From: a virus
DNA: 64,000 nt
IMG/VR virus record: IMGVR_UViG_3300023180_000042
Location: 1-64,000 of that record
Reading direction: 5' to 3' (one strand)
Made by a program: the position numbers and the translations under genes. Shown here piece by piece: positions 40,602 to 50,911 of the stretch; position 1 is the first letter of the stretch, and each line of letters starts with the position of its first letter. The notes beneath the pieces are model-generated. The model saw nothing but the letters and a program-made list of their open reading frames with translations. It was not told the DNA's origin and made no database searches.

Positions 40602-40952
40602 ATGAAAAAAGACGATCCTAACATTAAGTCAGACTACGATTATTCCCGAGCAACTTACTATGAGTTGATTGACAAGGGAAGAGAATCGCTCGATCTGATG
40701 ATCGAGGTTGCTCGCGAGTCTGAGCATCCAAGAGCCTTTGAAGTTCTGTCGAATATGATCAAGAACATTTCAGATGTCAATGACAAGTTGATGGAACTAA
40801 ATAAGAAAACCAAAGACATTACACAAGAAAAAGAAGAGCCTAAAGCAATTACCAATAATAATGTTTTTATAGGAAGTACAACTGATCTGCAACGTCTGTT
40901 GCAACAAAGCGAAGATGAAAAGGTGATTGATGTTAGCCCATCGAATGAGTGA
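40602..40952 (+). CDS. gp16: Terminase small subunit
   Basis: DYDYSRATYYELI, ESEHPRAFEV and NNNVFIGSTTDLQRLL. Confidence 0.92.
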   Translation: MKKDDPNIKSDYDYSRATYYELIDKGRESLDLMIEVARESEHPRAFEVLSNMIKNISDVNDKLMELNKKTKDITQEKEEPKAITNNNVFIGSTTDLQRLLQQSEDEKVIDVSPSNE

Positions 40953-42549
40953 TCACGAACATTATTTAGGTAATATCAATGTAAAACGTGACGGGGTACA
41001 GCAAGAGTGGACTCAGCATCAAGTGCTAGAGTACGCGAAGTGCATGAAAGATCCTGCATATTTTGCAAAGACTTACGTAAAGATTATATCACTTGATAAA
41101 GGACTTGTCAACTTTGACCTATACCCATATCAAGAAAAAATGTTCAACCATTTTAACGATAATCGGTTTTCTATCGTCTTGGCTTGTCGTCAGTCTGGTA
41201 AAAGTATTTCGTCAGTTGTTTACTTACTTTGGTACGCTATATTCCATCCTGAGAAAACGATTGCGGTTCTTGCCAACAAAGGCGCAACTGCAAGAGAAAT
41301 GCTTGCACGTGTCACGTTGGCTCTTGAAAACTTACCCTTCTTTTTACAGCCTGGTTGCCGCGCTCTCAACAAAGGTAGTATTGAGTTTTCAAATAATTCT
41401 CGCATCATTGCTTCTGCTACTTCAGGCAGTTCTATTCGTGGTATGTCTGTCAATCTATTGTTTCTTGACGAGTTTGCTTTTGTTGAAAGAGCTAGTGAGT
41501 TTTACACCTCGACATATCCGGTAATCTCTGCGGGTAAAGATACAAAAGTTATCATAACATCTACCGCTAACGGTATTGGTAATACGTTCCACAAAATCTG
41601 GGAAGGCGCTGTACAAAAGACTAACGAGTATCAAGCCTTTACAGTTAACTGGTGGGACGTGCCAGGACGTGATGAAGAGTGGAAGAAGCAGACGATTTCG
41701 AACACGTCACAGATGCAGTTCGATCAAGAATTTGGTAATACGTTTTTCGGAACGGGCGATACACTGATCAATGCAGAAACACTGCTTAATCTAAGAGCAA
41801 TGCCACCTCTCAAAATGCTTGAGGGCGGTGATGTAAAAATCTACGAAGAAACATCAAAGAATCACGAATATCTCATGATGGTCGACGTAGCAAAAGGAAG
41901 AGGACAGGACTATTCGACGTTTAACGTAATCGATATATCTGTGCGACCCTTCAAACAGGTCGCTGTGTATCGGAACAATACTATTTCTCCAATACTCTTC
42001 CCTGACATTATCTATAAGTTTGCGAAAGTCTACAATAACGCATATGTGATCGTTGAATCAAATGATCAAGGTAGCGTGGTTTGTAGAGGCTTGTATTATG
42101 ATCTAGAATACGAAAATGTTCACGTGGAGTCAACAGTAAAGGCAAATGCTGTTGGCATTGAAATGACACGGAAGACAAAACGTCTTGGTTGTTCTGGCAT
42201 CAAAGACCTTCTTGAAAACAATAAATTAGATATTGTTGACGATGATACCATCTTAGAGATTTCTACGTTCGTATCGAAGGGACAGTCTTACGAAGCCGCT
42301 GATGGCAACCACGACGATTTGATGATGAACTTAGTGATGCTTGGTTACTTTATATCGACACAGATGTTCTCAGACATGACAGACATCAATCTCAAGCAGA
42401 TGATGTTCGAACAGCAGATGAGACGTATCGAAGAAGATGTGGTGCCGTTTGGTTTTCATGATGATGGGTCTAGTGCCATTCAAGAAATCGAAGATAGAGA
42501 ACGTATGAAGTACGAACCGTGGCAGTTGTCATGGGACGAACCATACTGA
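40945..42549 (+). CDS. gp17: Terminase large subunit
   Basis: Walker A CRQSGKS, LLFLDEFAF, TSTANG, VDVAKGRGQDYS and HDDLMM; the track start at 40927 is an alternative. Confidence 0.97.
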   Translation: MSDHEHYLGNINVKRDGVQQEWTQHQVLEYAKCMKDPAYFAKTYVKIISLDKGLVNFDLYPYQEKMFNHFNDNRFSIVLACRQSGKSISSVVYLLWYAIFHPEKTIAVLANKGATAREMLARVTLALENLPFFLQPGCRALNKGSIEFSNNSRIIASATSGSSIRGMSVNLLFLDEFAFVERASEFYTSTYPVISAGKDTKVIITSTANGIGNTFHKIWEGAVQKTNEYQAFTVNWWDVPGRDEEWKKQTISNTSQMQFDQEFGNTFFGTGDTLINAETLLNLRAMPPLKMLEGGDVKIYEETSKNHEYLMMVDVAKGRGQDYSTFNVIDISVRPFKQVAVYRNNTISPILFPDIIYKFAKVYNNAYVIVESNDQGSVVCRGLYYDLEYENVHVESTVKANAVGIEMTRKTKRLGCSGIKDLLENNKLDIVDDDTILEISTFVSKGQSYEAADGNHDDLMMNLVMLGYFISTQMFSDMTDINLKQMMFEQQMRRIEEDVVPFGFHDDGSSAIQEIEDRERMKYEPWQLSWDEPY

Positions 42550-42561
42550 AAACAGGTAATT

Positions 42562-42569
42562 TATAAATA
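42562..42569 (+). promoter_or_regulatory. T4-type late promoter TATAAATA
   Basis: Exact motif upstream of gp18. Confidence 0.85.
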
Positions 42570-42633
42570 AATACATTGAAATTATCCGTATTATGTTCTC
42601 TTATCATATATTAACGAAAAAAAGGACACGACC

Positions 42634-44376
42634 ATGGCATTAATACCATCTGAGTCTCCAAGCATTCTCGTAAAGGAATTCGATCTGTCTGGTGTTGTGC
42701 CGGCAGTCACTTCTTCAACGGGAGCGTTTGTAGGGGACTTTAACTGGGGTCCAGCTAATCAGCCTATTCTGGTAAGTAGTGAAGCAGAATTGGCTTCGCA
42801 ATTTGGATCTCCTTCTGACGATTCTGCGGCGGCAGTATCGGATTTTCTCTCCGCTTCAATGTTTTTGAAGTATTCAAGTAGCGCGTACGTAACACGTACC
42901 GTAGACGATTCAGCACAAAACGCAATTGCGGCTGGTGCTGACCAAGTGTTGATTAGAAATCGTGCTGATTGGGATGCGCGTAGCGTCACAACTCTCAACA
43001 ACTATGTTATCGCAAAATATCCTGGCACTTTAGGTAACAGCCTTAAGATTTCAATGTGCCCATACAGCGAAGGTGATAGTGCGTTCGATAACTGGACTAT
43101 TGACGGCGCTAATATCTCTACACTGTTTGATGGTGCACCAAGATCATCGGCTAACGTAGCTGGTTTTGGCTTTGCGGCTGACTCTGAAGTTGGTGATGAA
43201 GTGCACGTTGTCATTCTCGACGAGGATGGTAAAATTTCAGGAACACCGGGAACAGTACTAGAGAAGTATGAGTATCTTTCTCTAGCCACTGACGCAAAAA
43301 CTTCTAATGGCTCAACAAACTTTATTCAGAACGTTTTGAATAACAAGTCTGAATATGTTTGGGCACCCAACTTGTCGGATGCTTTCCCAGGAATTACAAG
43401 TGCGGCATCGTTTAGAGGTTCTCAAGCGGCTCGTGTAGCGAACTATTCTCTTGATCGAGGTAGAGCGGCTAATCCGGGCATAAACGATTATCTGATTAGT
43501 TTTGGTGAATACAACGATCCTGATGTAATTCAAGTGGACTTCTTAGTTGCACCAGAAATTTCAGACAGTGCTGACTGTAGAACTATGGCCAACAGCTTGA
43601 CTGCACAAGCGGTAGCACGTAAAGACTGCGTTGTTGTAACTTCACCTCCTGCAGAAATTGTGACAGGAAGAGGTTCGAATACCAGTACAATTGCTTCTGC
43701 TACAGCGGCATGGGCTAATACGCTGAACGCTTCTTCCTACTTGATCGTCGATGGCAACTACTTGAAAGTATACGATAAGTATAACGATGAGTATGTGAAT
43801 ATTCCTGCGGCTGCCGCAACAGCGGGTGTGATGGCGTCTACCGATCTGAATGCAGATCCGTGGTACTCTCCTGCAGGCTCTAGAAGAGGGCAGTACTTTG
43901 GAGTGACATCTCTGGTGTACAACCCTGCTAAGGCTCAAAGAGATACGCTGTATAAAGCCGGTGTTAACCCAATCGTTAACTTGCCAGGACAAGGAATTTT
44001 GTTGTACGGAGATAAGACTAAGTTAGGTCGTCCTTCTGCGTTTGATCGCATTAACGTTCGTCGCCTCTTCTTGGTGATCGAGCGAGCAATCAAAGGCGCC
44101 GCACAGAACGTTATGTTCGAATTCAATGATGAATTCACTCGTGCGGAATTCGTTAATATCATCGAGCCTTTCTTGAGAGAGATCAAGGGTCGAAGGGGTA
44201 TCACTGACTTCAGAGTGGTGTGTGATGAAACAAACAACACTCCGAACATCATTGATAACAATCAATTTGTCGCATCGGTCTTCATTAAGCCTGCACGTTC
44301 TATCAACTACGTAACATTGAACTTCGTAGCAGTTAGAACTGGCGTAGACTTTGATGAAGTCGTTGGACTGGTTTAA
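42634..44376 (+). CDS. gp18: Tail sheath protein
   Basis: SPSILVKEFDLS, FNWGP, PWYSPAG.RRG, FDRINVRRLF and FIKPARSINYVTLNFVA. Confidence 0.97.
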   Translation: MALIPSESPSILVKEFDLSGVVPAVTSSTGAFVGDFNWGPANQPILVSSEAELASQFGSPSDDSAAAVSDFLSASMFLKYSSSAYVTRTVDDSAQNAIAAGADQVLIRNRADWDARSVTTLNNYVIAKYPGTLGNSLKISMCPYSEGDSAFDNWTIDGANISTLFDGAPRSSANVAGFGFAADSEVGDEVHVVILDEDGKISGTPGTVLEKYEYLSLATDAKTSNGSTNFIQNVLNNKSEYVWAPNLSDAFPGITSAASFRGSQAARVANYSLDRGRAANPGINDYLISFGEYNDPDVIQVDFLVAPEISDSADCRTMANSLTAQAVARKDCVVVTSPPAEIVTGRGSNTSTIASATAAWANTLNASSYLIVDGNYLKVYDKYNDEYVNIPAAAATAGVMASTDLNADPWYSPAGSRRGQYFGVTSLVYNPAKAQRDTLYKAGVNPIVNLPGQGILLYGDKTKLGRPSAFDRINVRRLFLVIERAIKGAAQNVMFEFNDEFTRAEFVNIIEPFLREIKGRRGITDFRVVCDETNNTPNIIDNNQFVASVFIKPARSINYVTLNFVAVRTGVDFDEVVGLV

Positions 44377-44394
44377 GCGCAAGGAGAATAACTC

Positions 44395-44922
44395 ATGGCG
44401 ATTTTAGGAGTAGATGACTTTAAGTCGAAGCTGAGAGGTGGTGGCGCAAGACCTAATCTGTTCAAGGCGACACTTAACTTTCCAGTATACGCAGGGGGTG
44501 ACGTAGAACTTACGTCATTCCTCTGTAAGACTGCGCAGTTGCCACAATCCTCAACTAACTCGTTTGCAGTACCGTTTCGCGGTCGCGAACTAAAAGTTGC
44601 GGGTGATCGTACATTCGAAGATTGGACAGTCACTATCATTAACGATACTGACTTTACCATTCGTGATTCGTTTGAGCGATGGATGAATGGCATCAACGCA
44701 CACAGTGCTAACACAGGCTTGACAAACCCAGTTGATTATCAATCAGACTTGCTGGTTGATCAATTGGATCGTGACGAATCTGTGATCAAGCGTTATACGT
44801 TTAGAGGTGCATTCCCGACAGTTGTTGGACCAATCACCCTTGACTATGACCAGCGTGATCAGATCGAAACGTTTGATGTCACGTTCTCGTATCAGTATTG
44901 GGAAAGCAATACGACATCTTAA
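44395..44922 (+). CDS. gp19: Tail tube protein
   Basis: GGGARPNLF, FRGRELKVAGDRTFEDWTVTIINDTDF. Confidence 0.97.
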   Translation: MAILGVDDFKSKLRGGGARPNLFKATLNFPVYAGGDVELTSFLCKTAQLPQSSTNSFAVPFRGRELKVAGDRTFEDWTVTIINDTDFTIRDSFERWMNGINAHSANTGLTNPVDYQSDLLVDQLDRDESVIKRYTFRGAFPTVVGPITLDYDQRDQIETFDVTFSYQYWESNTTS

Positions 44923-44933
44923 TGGTGTACTAA

Positions 44934-44970
44934 ATATAAGGGAGTCTTCGGGCTCCCTTATATAATTTTT
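44934..44970 (+). terminator. Stem-loop with cUUCGg tetraloop after gp19 (terminator/processing site)
   Basis: ATATAAGGGAGTC-TTCG-GGCTCCCTTATAT, a 13-bp stem followed by an A/T run; overlaps an ACTAAATA late-promoter variant. Confidence 0.75.
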
Positions 44971-44981
44971 TAGGAATACGT

Positions 44982-46568
44982 ATGGCAGATAACGTAAACA
45001 CATTGAAACTTTTTGGCTTCGAAATCAAGCGAGCCAAAAAAGATGACAAAGACAAAGAGAAATTACAGTCTGTTGTCCCACCAACTGACACTGACGGCGC
45101 GGGTTATGTAACTGCGACGGCGGGTCATTTTGGTCAGTACATTAATATGGATGGAGATGAGTCGAAAGACAACCATCATCTTATTTTGCGCTATCGTGGT
45201 GTAGCCATGCATCCTGAAGTAGATATGGCAATTGACGAAATTGTCAACGAAGGCATTTCTGCTTCTGAACTATCATCTTCTGTAGAAATTTCACTTGATG
45301 ACATTGAAGCTGGTGAAAAGATCAAAGAGCAGATTCGTGAAGAGTTTGAAAACATTATCGGTATGCTCCGATTCAATGAGATCGGTCACGAAATCTTTAG
45401 GTCTTGGTACGTAGATGGTCGTATCTATCATCATCTTCTTATCAATGATGCACAACCAAAAGCAGGCATTCAAGAGATTCGAAACATTGACTCGACTCGC
45501 ATTCGAAAGGTGCGCGAAGTCAAATACAAGAAAGATCCAACAACTGGCGTCAAGGTCGTAGACAAAGTTGATGAATACTATATCTACGAAGACAAGCCAG
45601 GCAACACGCAAACTGGTGTAAAACTGTCTAATGATTCGATCAGTTATGTCACTAGTGGTCTATTAGATGAGACAAAAAAGAAAGTTGTTTCGCATCTCCA
45701 TAAAGCACTGAAGCCAATCAACCAGTTGCGCATGATGGAAGACTCGTTGGTCATCTATCGTCTCGCACGTGCACCCGAACGTCGAATTTTTTACATCGAC
45801 GTAGGTTCTTTGCCTCGTGGTAAAGCAGAGCAGTACATGTCGGACATCATGTCCAAGTATCGCAACAAGCTGGTCTATGATGCAAACACTGGTCAGATCA
45901 AAGATGATCGCAAGCACATGTCAATGCTTGAAGACTTCTGGCTACCACGTCGAGAGAACGGACGTGGAACAGAGATCACAACACTGCCAGGCGGCGAGAA
46001 TCTGGGACAGATAGATGACATCATCTATTTCCAGAAGCGACTGTATCGTTCTCTGAATGTCCCAGTGAATCGTTTAGAGCAAGAAGCACAATTCTCGCTT
46101 GGCAGATCGACTGAAATTTCTAGAGATGAGGTTAAGTTCCAAAAATTCATTGATCGGCTTCGTAGAAGATTCTCTTGGGTGTTCTTGGGTATTCTCAAGA
46201 AGCAACTCATACTTAAAGGTATTATCACCGAGCAAGACTGGGAAGAGTGGAAAGACAACATCTATGTTGACTTCGTAAAAGACAACCACTTTACCGAACT
46301 GAAAGAGATGGAGATTCTTCGCGAACGTATCGGTATCATGAACGAAATTACACAGTTCGTTGGTGAGTACTATTCGAAAGAATGGGTTATGCGTAACGTC
46401 TTGCGCATGTCCGATGATGATCTAGAAGCAATGAAAAAAGAGATCGATCAAGAAACTAAAGACGGTGAAATTGAAGATAAAGATGAAGAAGAGCAACAAG
46501 AGCCAGCGGCGCCTAAACCCGTACCTGTTCAAGTTGTTCCCGATGAACCAAAAGATGAGGAAAAATAA
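44982..46568 (+). CDS. gp20: Portal protein
   Basis: WYVDGRIY, LHKALKPINQLRMMEDSLVIYRLARAPERRIFYIDVG and EDFWLPRRE.GRGTEITTLPGG. Confidence 0.97.
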   Translation: MADNVNTLKLFGFEIKRAKKDDKDKEKLQSVVPPTDTDGAGYVTATAGHFGQYINMDGDESKDNHHLILRYRGVAMHPEVDMAIDEIVNEGISASELSSSVEISLDDIEAGEKIKEQIREEFENIIGMLRFNEIGHEIFRSWYVDGRIYHHLLINDAQPKAGIQEIRNIDSTRIRKVREVKYKKDPTTGVKVVDKVDEYYIYEDKPGNTQTGVKLSNDSISYVTSGLLDETKKKVVSHLHKALKPINQLRMMEDSLVIYRLARAPERRIFYIDVGSLPRGKAEQYMSDIMSKYRNKLVYDANTGQIKDDRKHMSMLEDFWLPRRENGRGTEITTLPGGENLGQIDDIIYFQKRLYRSLNVPVNRLEQEAQFSLGRSTEISRDEVKFQKFIDRLRRRFSWVFLGILKKQLILKGIITEQDWEEWKDNIYVDFVKDNHFTELKEMEILRERIGIMNEITQFVGEYYSKEWVMRNVLRMSDDDLEAMKKEIDQETKDGEIEDKDEEEQQEPAAPKPVPVQVVPDEPKDEEK

Positions 46569-46924
46569 TGTCTGACGAAGATGTAGTAATTGACGAATTG
46601 CAAGCAGAGCCTATTCAACCAAACTCTAAAGCAGTTGAAGATTTTCTAAAGGCGATTGAAGATCAAAACTTCACTCAAGCCGAGCGACAGTTTAATGATA
46701 TGGTAGGTGATCGTTTGCAAGATACTTTGGATCAAGCCAAAGCAAGAATTGCGGCGTCTCTGGGTCAAGAAGAGCCAGAAGCTGAAGAAGATGATCTAGA
46801 TGCTGTTGAGGACTCGCTTGACGATGACGAAGAAATTAGTCTTGATGATCTTGACTTAGACATCGATGATAATGAAGATGACGTGGATGAGGATGACGAC
46901 GAAGACCTCGTTGCTCCTGTTTAA
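46568..46924 (+). CDS. Acidic prohead core protein (gp67-like)
   Basis: Directly after the portal gene, with a very D/E-rich C-terminus. Confidence 0.6.
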   Translation: MSDEDVVIDELQAEPIQPNSKAVEDFLKAIEDQNFTQAERQFNDMVGDRLQDTLDQAKARIAASLGQEEPEAEEDDLDAVEDSLDDDEEISLDDLDLDIDDNEDDVDEDDDEDLVAPV

Positions 46925-46936
46925 AAATCATTATTT

Positions 46937-46944
46937 TATAAATA
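46937..46944 (+). promoter_or_regulatory. T4-type late promoter TATAAATA
   Basis: Exact intergenic motif. Confidence 0.8.
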
Positions 46945-46960
46945 AATAACACGAGACAAA

Positions 46961-47605
46961 ATGTCAAAGGTAACTGATAAAGAAATTAAATTATTGGAAA
47001 AAGTTGCTAACGCCCATCTGTATGAAGTAATGGGCAACAAAGACAGGTATATAGACAAGCCTGATAATTTTAGCACAGTCCAATATATGAATGCAAGAGG
47101 ACATGTTGATCAACTCAAATTAAAGGAGATGATCGTAAAATGTATCATAGATCATGTTGGAACGTCTGAAGCGTTTCTAAACATGGGAACAGCATGTGGT
47201 CATTTAGAGTATGCTAATCGATTGAACCACGGGCGATTGACAATCAGTTCATGCGAATGGGATTATCAATATGAGTGCTGTGAAAAGATACGTGACATGC
47301 TGGGCGTTCAGATCAGTTACAGATGTAATGACGTTTTAGGTGATGATTTTGAAATACGTGATTGTAAGACGTATTTCGATCACGTTATTTTAGATAGGTT
47401 TTTTCCTGTGTATCGAGCAGATACACACCACAGAACAGAAGAGGTATTGAAGAAATTTAAACCATACGCAAGGAGAGCAATTTTAATTGAGTCCGATGGC
47501 AACTGGTCAAAAGAACAATGGTCTTGGTTAGTCAAGACAGCCGAACGAAGAATTAAAATCTCAGGCGAATGGAATATGTTTCTGATAAAACTGGAAAACT
47601 TATGA
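46961..47605 (+). CDS. Putative class I SAM-dependent methyltransferase-like protein
   Basis: FLNMGTACGHLEY (motif I-like), ISSCEWD (motif II-like), CNDV and FDHVILDRF. Confidence 0.5.
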   Translation: MSKVTDKEIKLLEKVANAHLYEVMGNKDRYIDKPDNFSTVQYMNARGHVDQLKLKEMIVKCIIDHVGTSEAFLNMGTACGHLEYANRLNHGRLTISSCEWDYQYECCEKIRDMLGVQISYRCNDVLGDDFEIRDCKTYFDHVILDRFFPVYRADTHHRTEEVLKKFKPYARRAILIESDGNWSKEQWSWLVKTAERRIKISGEWNMFLIKLENL

Positions 47606-47808
47606 AGACGTTTAAGAGCATCCGCGAAGCGAAGAAAAAAATGCCAGCAGGTGAACATGTCTTCGACAAGAAAGTGAATCGTCACTCAGTGATGATCCAC
47701 AAAGACAACAAAGGGTTTACTGTCTATATTGACGGTGACAAACTAGACACCTATCGTTCTCAGAAAGAAGCTGAGAAGATGGGTGTAGCTTTCGCTAAGG
47801 AAATGTAA
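47602..47808 (+). CDS. Small prohead-associated protein (gp68-position)
   Basis: MKTFKSIREA.. start with ATGA overlap; sits immediately before gp21. Confidence 0.55.
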   Translation: MKTFKSIREAKKKMPAGEHVFDKKVNRHSVMIHKDNKGFTVYIDGDKLDTYRSQKEAEKMGVAFAKEM

Positions 47809-48474
47809 ATGAAACTTATTACCGAATATCATGAAAACGACTTACAGTGCATCGTCGAAGCAAAGGATGGTGGTGAAAAGTCTTATATGATTGAAGGTAT
47901 CTTTGCGCAAGCAGAACAAAAGAATCGTAACGGGCGTATCTATCCTAAAACAATTATGGAAAAGGCTGTAAATACGTACGTTGAACAACAGGTTAGCAAA
48001 AAGCGGGCTGTGGGTGAATTGAATCATCCCGAAGGTCCCACTGTTAACTTAGACAAAGTTTCTCACCTCATCACTGATCTTCGATTCGAAGGCAATGATG
48101 TAGTAGGAAAGGCACAAATATTGGATACTCCAATGGGCAAGATCGTTAAAGGCTTGCTTGATGGTGGCGTTCAACTAGGCGTGTCAACTCGTGGCATGGG
48201 TAGTCTTGAGCAAAGAAATGGCACAATGTATGTGCGAGAAGACTTTATTTTGAATACTGTCGATATCGTACAAGATCCTTCCGCGCCTGCGGCTTTCGTT
48301 AATGGTATTATGGAAGGCGTAGAGTGGGTATGGAATAACGGTGTTATTGAGGCTCAAGAAATTGAAAAAATGGAGACTGAAATTAAATCGGCTCCGACAA
48401 AGCATCTCTATGAGACGCAAGTTCGTGAGTACAAAAATTTCCTCTCGTTGCTCAAATCAAACTTTAAGGAGTAA
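47809..48474 (+). CDS. gp21: Prohead core scaffold protease
   Basis: MKLITE, IEGIFAQAE.KNRNGRIYP, GELNHP, GVSTRGMGSL and DIVQDPSAP.AFV. Confidence 0.97.
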   Translation: MKLITEYHENDLQCIVEAKDGGEKSYMIEGIFAQAEQKNRNGRIYPKTIMEKAVNTYVEQQVSKKRAVGELNHPEGPTVNLDKVSHLITDLRFEGNDVVGKAQILDTPMGKIVKGLLDGGVQLGVSTRGMGSLEQRNGTMYVREDFILNTVDIVQDPSAPAAFVNGIMEGVEWVWNNGVIEAQEIEKMETEIKSAPTKHLYETQVREYKNFLSLLKSNFKE

Positions 48475-48479
48475 AACAT

Positions 48480-49520
48480 ATGTCTGATCTAGACCAAAAT
48501 GTTGAGCTTCCTATCGATGAGGACAACCAAATCGAGGAAGCAAGTGCTCAGAAGATGCCTGTTGGTACAGAGGCGGACTCTATTGCGTCTGTAGACAAGA
48601 CTGACGCTCCTGTTAAGAAAGCTCCCGCTCGTAAAGGGGATCAGACTAAACAGGATCCGATGCCTAAGACCAAAGCAGGAATGCTAAACGCTATGTACAG
48701 CAAGATGTCTGGTATGAAAAAAGACCAACTGACTGCTATGTTCAGCAAGATGTCTGAAGAGTTCGAAGATGTAGAAGAAGGCGAAGCAGTTGAACTGCCC
48801 GAGTTCTCTTACAACGATGAACTGTCTGCTCTTGTAGAAAGCGAAGCTACTTTATCTGATGAGTTCAAAGCGAAAACTGCTGTGATCTTTGAAACTGCTA
48901 TTCGTTCTAAGCTGTCCGAGGAAATCGAACGCCTAGAGGATGAATATCAAACTCGACTCGACGAAGAGCTGGACGCTACGCGCACAGACCTCGTAGAGAA
49001 AGTTGATAGCTACCTCAACTACGTAGTTGAGAACTGGATGCAGGAAAACAAACTCGCTGTTGAGACTGGCTTGCGCACTGAAATCGCTGAAGATTTCATG
49101 GGCAAACTGAAGGATCTGTTCCTTGAGTCTTACATCGAAGTTCCTGAGTCTAAAGTTGACCTAGTTGATGAACTTGCAGAGCAGGTTGAAGAGCTTGAAG
49201 AAAAGCTTAACAGCCAAACTGCAACTGTTCTTGAAATGTCTGAGAAGGTTGAGATTTATCAGCGTGAAGCGATTATTCGCGAAGCGTCTCGTGATCTCGC
49301 CGAAACTCAGGTAGAAAAACTCGCGTCTTTGGTGAGTTCTCTCGACTTCGAAGATGAAGAATCTTTCGCATCTAAAGTCAAGACTGTAAAAGAGTCTTAC
49401 TTCAAGAAGGAAGTTGCTTCTACAGAAGAAGAGATCGTCGAAGACTGGGATACAAACAACACAGAGGTTTCTTCTGTGATGGACATGTATCTCAACGCCA
49501 TCAAAAAATCTAATAAGTAA
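48480..49520 (+). CDS. gp22: Prohead core scaffolding protein
   Basis: LSDEFKAKTAVIFETA, KVDSYLNYVVENWM.EN.LA and IKESYF-like VKESYF. Confidence 0.93.
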   Translation: MSDLDQNVELPIDEDNQIEEASAQKMPVGTEADSIASVDKTDAPVKKAPARKGDQTKQDPMPKTKAGMLNAMYSKMSGMKKDQLTAMFSKMSEEFEDVEEGEAVELPEFSYNDELSALVESEATLSDEFKAKTAVIFETAIRSKLSEEIERLEDEYQTRLDEELDATRTDLVEKVDSYLNYVVENWMQENKLAVETGLRTEIAEDFMGKLKDLFLESYIEVPESKVDLVDELAEQVEELEEKLNSQTATVLEMSEKVEIYQREAIIREASRDLAETQVEKLASLVSSLDFEDEESFASKVKTVKESYFKKEVASTEEEIVEDWDTNNTEVSSVMDMYLNAIKKSNK

Positions 49521-49531
49521 GGAGTACTAAG

Positions 49532-50911
49532 ATGACTGTTCAAGTATCTTATGACAAACTCATCGAGAAGTGGAGCCCAGTTCTCGAGGAAACGTCTGCT
49601 GGTGAGATCAAAGATCATCACCGTAAAGCTGTAACTGCCGCTGTTCTTGAGAACCAAGAGCAAGCATTCCGGGAAGAAGCAGGCATGCTTGCTGAAGCCC
49701 CAACCAACACCAACTTCAGCGCAACTGGCGCTGCCGCTGGCGTAACTGGCGCAAACTGGAACCCTGTTCTGATTGCTCTCGTTCGACGTGCTATGCCTAA
49801 CCTCATGGCTTACGATCTCGCAGGCGTTCAGCCTATGACTGGTCCTACTGGCTTGATCTTCGCAATGAAGGCTCGTCACAAGACTACTCGTGGTGGTGCA
49901 ACTGCTGACACTGAAGCTTTGTTCCAAGAAGCGCACACTCCGTTCTCTGGCGACTCTTCTGTGTCGCAAGATTCGGCTAATGCCGCTGGTAACAAGGGTC
50001 CTTCTGGTCTGACTGGTGTTTCTGACACTGACAACGACTCTTCTATCGTTGACTCTGGTTCGTCTTACGTTCCTGGTGTTGGCGGTGGTATGTCTACGGC
50101 TGATGCTGAAGCCCTCGGTTCTACCGGTTCTGCATTCGCAGAGATGGGATTCACCATCGAAAAGAGCACGGTTACTGCGAAGTCTCGTGCACTGAAAGCA
50201 GAATACAGCCTCGAATTGGCTCAAGACTTGAAAGCGATTCACGGTCTTGACGCTGAGACAGAGCTGGCTAACATTCTGTCTACTGAGATCCTCGCTGAAA
50301 TCAACCGTGAGATCATCCGTACTATCAACAGCCAAGCCAAGATTGGTTGCCGACAAGCTGGTCTCCAGACTGCTGGTATCTTCGATCTTAGCACTGACGC
50401 TGATGGTCGTTGGTCTGTTGAGAAGTTCAAGGGTCTGTTGGTTCAACTTGAGCGTGAAGCAAACGTAATCGCGAAAGAAACTCGTCGCGGTAAGGGTAAC
50501 ATCGTTGTATGTTCTTCTGACGTTGCTACTGCTCTCGTTGCGGCTGGTATGCTCGACTACGCTCCTGCACTCAGCACGAACCTGCAAGTCGATGACACTG
50601 GTAACACCTTCGCTGGTGTTCTGAACGGACGTACTCGCGTCTACATCGATCCGTATGCAACTTCTGACTACGTAACTGTAGGCTACAAGGGTACTAACCC
50701 TTATGACGCTGGTGTGTTCTACTGCCCATACGTGCCTCTCCAGATGGTACGTGCAGTTGGCGAGAATGACTTCCAGCCACGGATCGGCTTTAAGACTCGT
50801 TACGGCATGGCTTCTAACCCATTCGTGGGCGCGACTCCTGCTGACGGTCTTGCTACCGCTCGTACTAACCAGTACTACCGTATCTTCCGCGTGGACAACA
50901 TCCTCGCCTAA
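49532..50911 (+). CDS. gp23: Major capsid protein
   Basis: LVRRAMPNLMAYDLAGVQPMTGPTGLIFAM, KSRALKAEYSLELAQDLKAIHGLDAE and FQPRIGFKTRYG. Confidence 0.98.
   Translation: MTVQVSYDKLIEKWSPVLEETSAGEIKDHHRKAVTAAVLENQEQAFREEAGMLAEAPTNTNFSATGAAAGVTGANWNPVLIALVRRAMPNLMAYDLAGVQPMTGPTGLIFAMKARHKTTRGGATADTEALFQEAHTPFSGDSSVSQDSANAAGNKGPSGLTGVSDTDNDSSIVDSGSSYVPGVGGGMSTADAEALGSTGSAFAEMGFTIEKSTVTAKSRALKAEYSLELAQDLKAIHGLDAETELANILSTEILAEINREIIRTINSQAKIGCRQAGLQTAGIFDLSTDADGRWSVEKFKGLLVQLEREANVIAKETRRGKGNIVVCSSDVATALVAAGMLDYAPALSTNLQVDDTGNTFAGVLNGRTRVYIDPYATSDYVTVGYKGTNPYDAGVFYCPYVPLQMVRAVGENDFQPRIGFKTRYGMASNPFVGATPADGLATARTNQYYRIFRVDNILA

Noticed and set aside
40945-50911. Introns, inteins or homing endonucleases in terminase, portal or capsid genes
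   Set aside because: Gene lengths are typical, frames are uninterrupted, and no HNH, GIY-YIG or LAGLIDADG motifs were seen.
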